NCBI GenBank assembly: GCA_964634255.1
Contig: CAZWJC010000001.1
Coordinates: 6,116-70,115 of the forward strand
Reading direction: 5' to 3'
From: an uncultured Verrucomicrobiota bacterium
GTDB lineage: Bacteria; Verrucomicrobiota; Verrucomicrobiia; Limisphaerales; MWDV01
DNA length: 64,000 nt
The notes under the pieces were generated by a model. That model ran no database searches. It was given only the letters and a program-made list of their open reading frames with translations, and was not told where the DNA came from. Both the position numbers and the translations under genes were made by a program. Below are positions 1-8,878 of this stretch, in pieces (the first letter of the stretch is position 1; each line of letters starts with the position of its first letter).

Positions 1-483
1 CTCGGCGACGCTTGGACCCGTGATGGGGCCGTGGATCGCATCGGCAAGTTCGTCGATTTGGTCAAAGCGCAAGGCTTGATTGCTGGCGTTGGTGGGCACG
101 AGTTGCGCACCCCAATGACCGTAGATAAGGCGGGCATCAAACCGGACTTCTACATGAAGACGTATCACTCCACCAACTACTGGTCGGCCCGCAGGCCGGA
201 CCAACTCAAGGAAGTGATTGATAACTACGGGATCGACAACTACTGGTGCATGGATCCGGAAGGCACGGCGCGGTTCTTTGCCGAGCTAGACCGCCCTTGG
301 ATCGCGTATAAAGTCCTCGCCGCCGGAGCGATTCACCCGAAGGCTGGATTCAAACAGGCTTTCGCCAGCGGCGCAGACTTCTGCGTCGTGGGAATGTTCG
401 ATTTTCAGGTTGCCGAGAATGTAACGGTCGCTAAGCAGGTCCTTACAGACACTCGCAATCGCGAGCGGGCCTGGATGGCATGA
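1..483 (+). CDS. hypothetical protein (5' end cut by window edge)
   Basis: Frame 1 is open from base 1 to TGA 481-483, with no upstream stop. The track ORF begins at an internal GTG at 31. Third codon positions are GC-rich. No family recognised. Confidence 0.5.
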   Translation, partial: LGDAWTRDGAVDRIGKFVDLVKAQGLIAGVGGHELRTPMTVDKAGIKPDFYMKTYHSTNYWSARRPDQLKEVIDNYGIDNYWCMDPEGTARFFAELDRPWIAYKVLAAGAIHPKAGFKQAFASGADFCVVGMFDFQVAENVTVAKQVLTDTRNRERAWMA

Positions 484-510
484 GGAAACAATAGCCGCCC
501 ACCAGATAAG

Positions 511-1200
511 TCACTGACAGTCACTCAGCCTTCGGACCACGACCTCCACTGTTGCGCGGTTCTTGGCGATCGTGTTTGGCGGCAACACGCCGCGCCAATT
601 CACTCCTGGGTAGATGACCGCGCCTCGTCCGATGATGCTCCCGGGATTGAGCACCGCATTACACCCGACTTCCGCCCCATCGCCAATGATCGCTCCGAAT
701 TTCCTTAATCCTGTGTCCACAGGCTTCCCTTCAATCTCTACCGTGATATTTCCACCCAGCGACCGGAAGTTTGATAGAATCACTCCCGCCCCTAGATGCG
801 CTTTATGGCCCAAGATCGAATCACCCACGTAATTGAAGTGCGGCACGTGACAGTCGTTGAAGAGGATCGCGTTCTTTAGTTCGCAGGAATTGCCCACTAC
901 ACAACCATCGCCCACGATTACCTGCTCCCGGATGTAGGCGTTATGCCGTATTTGGCAGTTCCTGCCTATGATGGCAGGACCTTTGATCATCGCCCCATCT
1001 TCCACCACCGTCCCCTCGCCGATGAAAACCCGCTCTCCAATGAAAGCCACACCTTCACAGCGGTTGTGCAGTCCTGGCTCAAGGTTGGCTGAGATGTATG
1101 CCGCTATCCTCGAAAGCGCCTCCCAAGCCATTCCTACCCCTTCGAACAATGCGCAATGCTCAGTCTGCCGAAGTTCTAAGTAATCTGCCGGTTCGAACAT
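511..1200 (-). CDS. left-handed beta-helix (hexapeptide-repeat) transferase, GlmU C-terminal-like
   Basis: Serial hexapeptide repeats (IGEGTVV, IGRNCQI, VGDGCVV, LGAGVIL, IGDGAEV, IGRGAVI). Start placed at ATG 1198-1200 (MFEPADYL); the track ORF extends to 1287. Confidence 0.7.
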   Translation of the reverse strand: MFEPADYLELRQTEHCALFEGVGMAWEALSRIAAYISANLEPGLHNRCEGVAFIGERVFIGEGTVVEDGAMIKGPAIIGRNCQIRHNAYIREQVIVGDGCVVGNSCELKNAILFNDCHVPHFNYVGDSILGHKAHLGAGVILSNFRSLGGNITVEIEGKPVDTGLRKFGAIIGDGAEVGCNAVLNPGSIIGRGAVIYPGVNWRGVLPPNTIAKNRATVEVVVRRLSDCQ

Positions 1201-1562
1201 CCCGCTAACGTAGAAGAAACCTGCGATGCGGCAATTCCATTCTTCGCTTCTTATTTTCTGTCCGTTTCGGCTTTTGCATCTTTGCACTCCTCGGCCTTTT
1301 CTGCTCTTTTTTCAGTCTTTCTCAATTGCTTTCGTAGTGCATAGCCTACCCAATAATCTGTCGATTTACTGTGAATTGATCGCTCGTTCCTCCCAACAAC
1401 TCCTTTCTTTCTTCGACCTCGTTTTGTCTCCCTGTACGTTATTGACCGCCCCACCCTCTAAAAACTAGCCCCAATCCTTGACACCCAAAGCTGTTTCCCT
1501 TATTCACAGCCCTTAGGAATACGAGTATTTTGGTGCCAAAAGATACATCTATTATCGCCTGA

Positions 1563-2672
1563 ATGAACCTGACCATTGCAAAGGAGCAACTCATTAACGG
1601 CCTGCAAGCGGTGCAGAACGTCGTGGGCGCGCGGACGACTCTCCCGATTCTCTCCAATGTTTTGCTCCGAGCCGAGGGAGATCGCTTAGAGCTAACAGCC
1701 ACAGATCTCGATGTGAGTGTTTCCTGCAAGGTTGAGGCGAAAATAACACAGCCCGGCGCTTCTACAGTTCCTGTAAAGAAGCTGTTCGGCATCGTCCGAG
1801 AGCTTAACGGTGCGGAGATAGAGATGGAGGTGGACGAAAAGCACAACTGCAGCGTGCGTGCAGCGGGTTCTTTCTACCGAATAAATGGTCTGAGCGCAGA
1901 CGAGTTTCCGCCACTGCCAAAGATCAACGAGGACAAAAAAGTAACTCTCTCGCAGGAAACGGCTGCTGCGATGTTGAAGAAGACCTCATTTGCGGTGTCC
2001 ACGGACGAGTCGCGGTATGTATTGAACGGAATTTTTGTAAGTCTAAAAGACCACAAGTTGACCATGGTCGCGACCGATGGGCGAAGACTGGCGTTGGTGG
2101 ATGAAGAGGTGGAAGTGCCCGAGAAGAGTCAGGGCGAGTTCATTGTCCCAGCGAAGACGGTAAACGAACTCACTCGATTGCTCCAAGGGAAGGGGACGGT
2201 CGAATTGAAATATGGCGAGAACCAGGCCGCGTTCCTTCTGAATGACGAGAAAGGCGGCTCTGTGGTCATTACCACAAAGCTCATTGAGGGCAATTATCCG
2301 AACTATCGGCAAGTGATTCCTGCTGAAGCGAAGGAGCGAATTCCCCTAGTTCGAGAGGAGTTCCTGCACGCGTTGCGGCGTGCAGAGATCATGACCACGG
2401 ACAAGGCGAACTCCGTGAAACTATCGTTCGGGAAGAACAACTTGGCCATCACTGCAAACTCACCGGAGGTGGGCGAGGCGCGGGAAAGTATCGCAGTCAA
2501 CTACAAGGGCAAGGACATCTCCATTGCCTTTAACCCCCGGTATTTGATCGAGCCACTCAATGCGCTGGCACAAGACGAAGTCTTCTTTGAACTGACGGAT
2601 GAGTTGAGCCCTGGGGTGTTGAAGATCAATGGCCCGTTCCTTTACGTCGTAATGCCCATGAGGTTAAGCTGA
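1563..2672 (+). CDS. dnaN: DNA polymerase III beta sliding clamp
   Basis: 369 aa. The N-terminus MNLTIAKEQLINGLQAVQNVVGARTTLPILSNVLL, the three-domain length and the C-terminal MPMRL are typical of DnaN. Confidence 0.97.
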   Translation: MNLTIAKEQLINGLQAVQNVVGARTTLPILSNVLLRAEGDRLELTATDLDVSVSCKVEAKITQPGASTVPVKKLFGIVRELNGAEIEMEVDEKHNCSVRAAGSFYRINGLSADEFPPLPKINEDKKVTLSQETAAAMLKKTSFAVSTDESRYVLNGIFVSLKDHKLTMVATDGRRLALVDEEVEVPEKSQGEFIVPAKTVNELTRLLQGKGTVELKYGENQAAFLLNDEKGGSVVITTKLIEGNYPNYRQVIPAEAKERIPLVREEFLHALRRAEIMTTDKANSVKLSFGKNNLAITANSPEVGEARESIAVNYKGKDISIAFNPRYLIEPLNALAQDEVFFELTDELSPGVLKINGPFLYVVMPMRLS

Positions 2673-2881
2673 TCGTGCCTTAGCGATCACGAACCGCTTC
2701 CAACATCGAGCAGTCAACTCCAACATTCCACAGTGAGGTTGGGTTTATTTGGGTTAAACGGCACGACGGCGCAGCAAATGGATTACTCATGGAAGATGAT
2801 TATGGGAAGGGAAGTAAATGTCTGTTGACTTCAAGCGCCTCTCTGATAGTTTCTGCGCCCCTTGTTTCGGGGAATGGTTGA

Positions 2882-3316
2882 ATGAAGACGTATTTGCCCA
2901 AAGTTGATTTGGACGGACGCAAATGGCATGTGATTGACGCCGATGGCGTCGTCTTAGGCCGTTTGGCAGTTCGTGTTGCTGACATCCTTCGCGGGAAGAA
3001 CAAACCCGTGTTTACGCCGCATCTGGATGCCGGGGATTTTGTAGTGGTTATCAATGCCGCCAAAGTCCGGCTCACTGGCAAGAAGGAGACGGAGAAGGAA
3101 TACATGACCTACTCCGGCTGGAAAGGCGGCGAGAAATACACCTCCGTGGCGCAGTTGCGCGCCGCCCAGCCAGAGAAGCTCGTTCACCGCGCCGTGAAGG
3201 GGATGATCCCGAAGAATCGCCTCGGGCGGGTGTTGCTCACGAAGCTGAAAGTATACGCCGGCAGCGAGCACCCCCACGCCGCGCAAAAGCCCGAAAAATC
3301 CACGGTCAAGAAGTGA
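2882..3316 (+). CDS. rplM: 50S ribosomal protein L13
   Basis: 144 aa; WHVIDADGVVLGRLA..ILRGKNKPVFTPH.D.GD.VVVINA is the L13 signature. Followed by rpsI, the conserved pair. Confidence 0.97.
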   Translation: MKTYLPKVDLDGRKWHVIDADGVVLGRLAVRVADILRGKNKPVFTPHLDAGDFVVVINAAKVRLTGKKETEKEYMTYSGWKGGEKYTSVAQLRAAQPEKLVHRAVKGMIPKNRLGRVLLTKLKVYAGSEHPHAAQKPEKSTVKK

Positions 3317-3342
3317 TTTAGAACAGGAAGCAAGCAGCAGCC

Positions 3343-3738
3343 ATGAGCGAAAGCACCAAGATTCTCGGCACCGGACGGCGCAAGACTGCGGTCGCCCGGG
3401 TGCGCCTCTCGACCGGCACCGGCAAGATTCTCGTTAACGGTCGCACATTTGAGCAGTATTTTCCGCTGGATACGCTGCGGATGCACGCCACCCAACCCTT
3501 GGTAACGGCGGGCATGGCCGACAAGGTGGACGTGAGCGTCAATGTGGCGGGTGGCGGGCCGACCGGCCAAGCCGGCGCCGTGCGCTTGGGCATCGCCCGC
3601 GCGCTCCTGCGTCAGGACGCGAATCTGCGGCCCATGCTGAAGGCGGAGGGCCTGCTGACGCGCGATTCCCGAGAGAAGGAGCGCAAGAAATACGGCCAGC
3701 CAGGCGCGCGCAAGCGGTACCAGTTCTCGAAACGTTAA
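3343..3738 (+). CDS. rpsI: 30S ribosomal protein S9
   Basis: 131 aa; [12 protein letters not shown] near the N-terminus and a C-terminal [17 protein letters not shown], typical of S9. Confidence 0.97.
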   Translation: MSESTKILGTGRRKTAVARVRLSTGTGKILVNGRTFEQYFPLDTLRMHATQPLVTAGMADKVDVSVNVAGGGPTGQAGAVRLGIARALLRQDANLRPMLKAEGLLTRDSREKERKKYGQPGARKRYQFSKR

Positions 3739-3758
3739 TCGAAATCAACCTTTGAAAA

Positions 3759-3788
3759 CCCCGCTGGCGCACGTCGGCGGGGTTTCTT
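3759..3788 (+). terminator. candidate intrinsic terminator after rpsI
   Basis: Stem ccccgctg (3759-3766) pairs with cggcgggg (3775-3782), including one G-U pair. The loop is 8 nt and is followed by tttctt. It overlaps the annotated TTG start of the next ORF by 2 nt. Confidence 0.5.
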
Positions 3789-4263
3789 GCTTATGCACAG
3801 CGAATGGAAACGCGAGAATCTGCTCGTCTCCACGAATCCAGCAAGGCTGGACGCGGAAGCGGTGCATACATTTCTCAGCCGCGCCTACTGGTGCGCGGGC
3901 ATTCCTCTGGAAACAGTCGAGTGTGCGCTACGGCACTCCTTGTGTTTCGGGCTTTACGACGGCCAGGAGCAGGTTGGGCTTGCGCGGGTGATTACGGACC
4001 ACGCGACGTTTGCCTATCTCTGCGACGTTTACGTCCTGGAAAGCCACCGTGGGCGCGGCTTGGGCAAATGGCTGATCGAATGTGTCATGGACCACCCATC
4101 GATTCCGGGCTTGCGGCGTTTCAACTTGGCCACGCGTGATGCGCATGCGCTCTACGCGAGACACGGGTTCAAGCCATTGCGGCATCCGGAAAATCAGATG
4201 GAGCTGCATAAACCGGACATTTACAGAGGGGCCGGCTCCGGCGGAGAGGCCCTTTCGTCTTAG
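3787..4263 (+). CDS. GNAT family N-acetyltransferase
   Basis: 158 aa; acetyl-CoA binding motif-A-like segment YVLESHRGRGLGKWLIE and a C-terminal ALYARHGF. The real start may be ATG 3793. Confidence 0.8.
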   Translation: MLMHSEWKRENLLVSTNPARLDAEAVHTFLSRAYWCAGIPLETVECALRHSLCFGLYDGQEQVGLARVITDHATFAYLCDVYVLESHRGRGLGKWLIECVMDHPSIPGLRRFNLATRDAHALYARHGFKPLRHPENQMELHKPDIYRGAGSGGEALSS

Positions 4264-4300
4264 CCATGGACTTCAAACTACTGACTACTGACCACGAACC

Positions 4301-5356
4301 ATGAAGAAAGTCGCCATCGTCGGGGCCTCCGGCTATTCCGGGGAAGAACTGGTCCGCTTGCTCCTGTCGCATCCGCAGGTCGAACTGAGCGCCGTCACCT
4401 CGCGCCAATACGCCGGGCAGACGCTCGCCCAGATTTTCCCGCGCTTCGCGCACCATCCGTGCGCCAAGGCGCTGCGCTTTTGCGAGCCGAACGCCGAGCT
4501 CCTCGCCAAACAGGCGGACATCGTTTTCCTGGCCCTGCCCCACGGCGTCGCTGCCGAATACGCCATCCCGTTGCTCCAGCTTGGCTGCGTGGTGATCGAC
4601 TTGAGCGCCGACTTTCGCCTTCGCAGCGCAGCGGTTTACAAGGATTTCTACGCCCACGATCACCCCGCCCCAGAACTCCTGGCTAAGGCGGTTTATGGAT
4701 TGCCGGAGCACTATCGCGAGCAGATCCGGAAGGCTTCGCTCATCGCCTCACCGGGCTGCTATCCAACCAGCATTCTGCTGCCGACAATTCCACTGCTGAA
4801 GGCCGGCTTGATTCAGTCTGCCGGCATCATTGCCGATTCGCTCAGTGGTGTCAGCGGCGCCGGGCGCAAGGCGGAGCTCGACTATCTGTTCTGCGAGTGC
4901 AACGAAAGCGTCCGGCCCTACGGTTTGCCGAAGCACCGCCACCTTTCGGAGATCGAACAGGAACTCACCATCGCCGCAGGAACACCGGTGACGATGCAGT
5001 TCACACCGCACCTCATTCCCGTGAATCGCGGCATCCTGACGACATTGTATCTTACGCCAAAGGATGGCCTCAGGGACGCAGCCAGTACGGCGGCCTTCGG
5101 GGAAAAAGTAGCGGCCTGTTACAAAGCGGCGTATGCGGACGAACCGTTCGTCCGCCTGCTCGAAGGGAAGGCCCTGCCGGACACCAAGAATGTCGTTGGC
5201 ACGAACGTGTGCGAATTCGCGTGGCGGCTCGACCCGCGCACGGGCCGGCTCATCGTCTTGAGCGCTGAGGACAACCTCGTCAAAGGCGCCAGCGGTCAGG
5301 CCGTCCAGAGCATGAACATCGTGTGCGGCTTTCCGGAAACGGCAGGACTCATGTGA
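4301..5356 (+). CDS. argC: N-acetyl-gamma-glutamyl-phosphate reductase
   Basis: 351 aa; N-terminal VAIVGASGYSGEELVRLL NAD-binding motif and catalytic SPGCYPTS motif. Confidence 0.95.
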   Translation: MKKVAIVGASGYSGEELVRLLLSHPQVELSAVTSRQYAGQTLAQIFPRFAHHPCAKALRFCEPNAELLAKQADIVFLALPHGVAAEYAIPLLQLGCVVIDLSADFRLRSAAVYKDFYAHDHPAPELLAKAVYGLPEHYREQIRKASLIASPGCYPTSILLPTIPLLKAGLIQSAGIIADSLSGVSGAGRKAELDYLFCECNESVRPYGLPKHRHLSEIEQELTIAAGTPVTMQFTPHLIPVNRGILTTLYLTPKDGLRDAASTAAFGEKVAACYKAAYADEPFVRLLEGKALPDTKNVVGTNVCEFAWRLDPRTGRLIVLSAEDNLVKGASGQAVQSMNIVCGFPETAGLM

Positions 5357-6150
5357 ATCCAGCCTTTCAGTGGAATCCCGCGGACTACGCGGCGAACTCC
5401 GCTTCGCAGCAGAAATGGGCGCGTGAGCAGATCACGCGGCTGAACCTCCGCGGCAACGAGCGCATCCTGGATGTCGGCTGCGGCGACGGCAAAGTAACAG
5501 CGGAACTTGCGCGGGCGGTTGCGCAGGGTTCGGTCGTGGGCGTGGATAGTTCGCCGGAGATGATCCGCTTTGCACAAGCCTGCTTTCCGCCTGCCAGCTT
5601 CCCAAACCTGCGTTTCCGCGAAATGGATGCACGGAAGCTGGAATTCGCCGAACGCTTCGATCTCGTGTTCTCCAACGCTGCGCTGCATTGGGTGGATGAT
5701 CACCCTGCCTTCCTCCGCGGCGCAGCGGCGTGCTTGGTTGCGGGGGGGCGGTTGATCGTGTCGTGCGGCGGTCGGGGCAATGCGCAGGATGTCTTTCTGG
5801 TCGTGCGCTCGACCCTGCGCCTGAAACGCTGGCGCGAATTCTTCCGGAAGCTTACCCGCCCCTACTTCTTCCACGGCCCGGAGGAGTACGAGCGTTGGTT
5901 GCCGAAGTTCGGCTTCCGGACCAGCAGCGTTCGATTGGCGGAGAAGGACACGGTGTTCGCCACGCGCGAAGGCTTTGCCGGATGGTTTCGCACGACCTGG
6001 CTGCCCTATACGCAACGCGTGCCCGAAGCACAACGCGAGGAGTTCGTGAGCGCGGTGGTCGAGCGTTTCGTGGCGAAACACCCGCCCGATGCAGCCGGGC
6101 AAGTCCACGTCCGCATGGTGCGGCTGGAAATCAACGCCGAGAGGACTTGA
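5353..6150 (+). CDS. class I SAM-dependent methyltransferase (Tam/trans-aconitate methyltransferase-like)
   Basis: ILDVGCGDGKVT SAM motif I and N-terminal W.P..Y...S..Q..WA as in Tam-like enzymes. Start placed at GTG 5353, overlapping the argC stop (GTGA); the track ORF starts at 5323. Confidence 0.75.
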   Translation: MNPAFQWNPADYAANSASQQKWAREQITRLNLRGNERILDVGCGDGKVTAELARAVAQGSVVGVDSSPEMIRFAQACFPPASFPNLRFREMDARKLEFAERFDLVFSNAALHWVDDHPAFLRGAAACLVAGGRLIVSCGGRGNAQDVFLVVRSTLRLKRWREFFRKLTRPYFFHGPEEYERWLPKFGFRTSSVRLAEKDTVFATREGFAGWFRTTWLPYTQRVPEAQREEFVSAVVERFVAKHPPDAAGQVHVRMVRLEINAERT

Positions 6151-6161
6151 GTGCCGAGCTC

Positions 6162-6998
6162 ATGAAGATTCCCTATTACGAAGTCGCGGCTTTCACGAGC
6201 AAACCCTTTGGCGGAAACCCCGCGGGAGTTTGCCTGCTGTCGACGTGGTTGCCCGACGCGACGCTGCAGGACATCGCCGCAGAAAACAATCTGTCCGAGA
6301 CCGCGTTCCTCGTCCAGCGCGGTGAAGACTACGATCTGCGCTGGTTCACGCCGGAACTTGAAATTGATCTGTGCGGCCATGCCACGCTCGCGTCGGCGTT
6401 TGTGTTATTCACCGAGGCTGGCTTCAAAGGTGACGCCATCCGCTTTCACTCGAAGAGTGGCGTGCTGGGTGTGACAAGGGCGGGCGAGGTTTTGGAACTC
6501 GACTTCCCATCACGTCCGGCGCGGCCGTGTACCGCTCCCGACGCGCTCATCCGTGGCCTTGGCAGGACGCCGGCCCAAGTTTTGAAATCACGCGATTACT
6601 TTGCTGTCTTCGAATCCGAGGCCGACGTCCGCTCGCTGCAACCAGACTTCTCCGTGCTAGCTTCGGTGGATGCGCTGGGCATCATCGTTACCGCGCCGGG
6701 TGGAGATAGCGATTTCGTTTCCCGGTTCTTCGCCCCGAGCGCGGGTGTGCCTGAAGACCCCGTGACCGGTTCAGCCCATTGCACGCTCATTCCGTATTGG
6801 GCGGAGCGACTCGGCAAAACGCAGCTTTTCGCGAGGCAGCTATCCAAGCGCGGTGGCGAGTTATACTGTCGATTGGCGGGCGACCGCGTGCGCATTGGCG
6901 GCAAGGCTGTGCTGTTTCTCCGCGGCAGCATCGAGGTCGAAACATCCGCGCCCGCGCCCCAAGCGGCGATAAGAAGTGAGCAGACGGGCGAAACCTAG
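6162..6998 (+). CDS. PhzF family isomerase-like protein
   Basis: MKIPYYEVAAFTSKPFGGNPAGVCL...LSETAF...RWFTP..EIDLCGHATLA and ...PVTGSAHC are PhzF-family hallmarks. The track ORF (5730-) is an out-of-frame-neighbour extension; ATG 6162 is in frame. Confidence 0.85.
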   Translation: MKIPYYEVAAFTSKPFGGNPAGVCLLSTWLPDATLQDIAAENNLSETAFLVQRGEDYDLRWFTPELEIDLCGHATLASAFVLFTEAGFKGDAIRFHSKSGVLGVTRAGEVLELDFPSRPARPCTAPDALIRGLGRTPAQVLKSRDYFAVFESEADVRSLQPDFSVLASVDALGIIVTAPGGDSDFVSRFFAPSAGVPEDPVTGSAHCTLIPYWAERLGKTQLFARQLSKRGGELYCRLAGDRVRIGGKAVLFLRGSIEVETSAPAPQAAIRSEQTGET

Positions 6999-7008
6999 GT
7001 TTTGAAGC

Positions 7009-7500
7009 ATGACCTTCCGCGAGATCATTCCAGATTTGCAGATGGCCATCGGGCCGGTGATCCTTATTTCCGGCGTGGGGCTGCTGCTGTTGACCATGAC
7101 GAATCGCCTCGGACGCGCGATTGATCGGGCGCGGCAACTGGCGCGCGACGCCCAGGATTGCCCGACCGACGCCCGCCCGCGGCTCACGGGGCAGTTGAAT
7201 ATCATCTACCGGCGGGCGCGGGTCTTGCGGCTGACCATAACGCTGGCGGTCGTCAGCGTGTTGCTGGCGGCGGTGCTGGTGATCGCGCTGTTTCTCGCGG
7301 CGCTGTTCAAGCAGGATCACGGTGTGGCCATCTGCGTCCTGTTTATCGTTTGCCTGAGCGCGCTCATTCTGTCGTTGGTGGCGTTTTTGTACGACATCCA
7401 TCTGTCTCTGCTGGCGCTTCGCATGGAGCTGGAACAGGTCAATCCAAACTTGCGCAAGGTCCGCCGGGCGGATGAGGGAGCGGCGGAGTGTGCGAAATGA
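7009..7500 (+). CDS. DUF2721-like membrane protein
   Basis: 163 aa; N-terminal AIGPVILISGVGLLLLTMTNRLGRAIDRARQL plus two further hydrophobic helices, as I recall for DUF2721. Confidence 0.6.
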   Translation: MTFREIIPDLQMAIGPVILISGVGLLLLTMTNRLGRAIDRARQLARDAQDCPTDARPRLTGQLNIIYRRARVLRLTITLAVVSVLLAAVLVIALFLAALFKQDHGVAICVLFIVCLSALILSLVAFLYDIHLSLLALRMELEQVNPNLRKVRRADEGAAECAK

Positions 7501-7545
7501 ATTGCGGCGCAGAAGCGCCTTGGCAAGCTTTCATCCCACTGGAAT

Positions 7546-8871
7546 ATGAGAACAAAATTCAAACCTGTTGACGGCTCCATCGTCGCGCCCCAAGGCTTCC
7601 TCGCCAGCGGTGTGTTTTGCGACATCAAGCGACTGGGTACGGGCAAGGGTTCGCAGAAAGGCAAGAAGCGCGACCTCGCGCTGATCGTCTCTGAAGTGCC
7701 GGCGACCGTGGCCGGCATGTTCACCACCAACCAGGTTTGTGCCGCGCCGGTCAAGGTTTGCGCCGAACGCGTGAAAGGGGGCGAGGCCCAGGCCATCGTC
7801 GTCAATTCCGGTAACGCCAACGCCTGCACGGGCAAGCAAGGGTTGAAAGACGCCTATGCGATGACGGCGGAACTGGCGAAGCTCCTGCACATGCCGGCGG
7901 AGCACGTCCTCGTCGGCTCGACGGGCCGAATCGGCGTCAACATGCCGATGGCGAACGTTGTCGCCGGCATTCGCGAAGCCGCGCAACTTCTCGGCAACGA
8001 CGTGGCGCACGCGGCGGAAGCCGTCGAGGCCATCATGACCAGCGATACGCGCCCCAAGCAGATTGCGGTCGAATTCAAGCTCGGCGGCAAGCCCGTCCGC
8101 ATCGGCGGCATCTGCAAAGGCGCGGGCATGATCCAGCCCGGCATGAGCGTCACCGGGCATCGGCCCGCCGCCATGCCGCTTCACGCCACGATGCTGTGCT
8201 TCATCACCACGGACGCCGCCATTGAAGCGAAAGCGCTGCAGGCCGCCCTTCAGGAAGCCGTGGCCCAGAGCTTCAATCGCATCACCGTGGACGGCGACAT
8301 GAGCACGAACGACACGGTGCTCGTGCTGGCGAATGGCTTGGCCGAGAACAAGCAACTCGGAACGCGAAGCTCGGAACTCGGAACGTTCCAAGCCGCGCTC
8401 AACCACGTCTGTCTCGAACTCGCGAAGGTGATTGTCCGTGACGGCGAAGGCGTGCATCGCGTCGTGACCGTCCGCGTCTGCGGCGCCAAGACACCCGCAG
8501 ATGCCGATGCCGCGGCGCGTGCGGTGGCCAACAGCCCGCTCGTGAAAACAAGCTGGCACGGCGGCGACCCGAACTGGGGTCGCATCATTGACGCCATCGG
8601 CTACAGCGCGGCGACGGTCGTCGAAGAGAAGGTGGACATCGGCTACAGCGCGCCTGGTGGCCGGAAGATTCTCTGGAGTCTGAAACGCGGCCAGCCGACC
8701 AAGGCCGCTTTCAAGCAGCTTTGCCTTGCCGTCGCGCCGAAGGAATTTGACCTGCACATCCGGCTCAACCTCGGCCAAGCCAGCGCCGTGATGTACGCCG
8801 CCGACCTGACCGAGGACTACGTGGACTTCAACAAAGGCGACGTGACCGACCCGACGACGCTCGGCGGTTAG
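7546..8871 (+). CDS. argJ: bifunctional glutamate N-acetyltransferase / amino-acid acetyltransferase
   Basis: 441 aa; GF.A.G..CGIK-type N-terminus, autoprocessing site HATMLCFITTDA and a C-terminal DLT.DYV..N motif. Confidence 0.95.
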   Translation: MRTKFKPVDGSIVAPQGFLASGVFCDIKRLGTGKGSQKGKKRDLALIVSEVPATVAGMFTTNQVCAAPVKVCAERVKGGEAQAIVVNSGNANACTGKQGLKDAYAMTAELAKLLHMPAEHVLVGSTGRIGVNMPMANVVAGIREAAQLLGNDVAHAAEAVEAIMTSDTRPKQIAVEFKLGGKPVRIGGICKGAGMIQPGMSVTGHRPAAMPLHATMLCFITTDAAIEAKALQAALQEAVAQSFNRITVDGDMSTNDTVLVLANGLAENKQLGTRSSELGTFQAALNHVCLELAKVIVRDGEGVHRVVTVRVCGAKTPADADAAARAVANSPLVKTSWHGGDPNWGRIIDAIGYSAATVVEEKVDIGYSAPGGRKILWSLKRGQPTKAAFKQLCLAVAPKEFDLHIRLNLGQASAVMYAADLTEDYVDFNKGDVTDPTTLGG

Positions 8872-8878
8872 GAACGCC

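Noticed and set aside
1201-1562. Calling this spacer the replication origin (oriC)
   Set aside because: There is only one near-consensus DnaA box, and no dnaA gene and no box cluster are visible. AT-richness alone is insufficient. It is reported as a question in the findings, not as a feature.
5730-6161. N-terminal 144 codons of the 422-aa track ORF preceding the PhzF-like gene
   Set aside because: It overlaps the methyltransferase gene in another frame. PhzF-family similarity starts at MKIPYYEV (ATG 6162).
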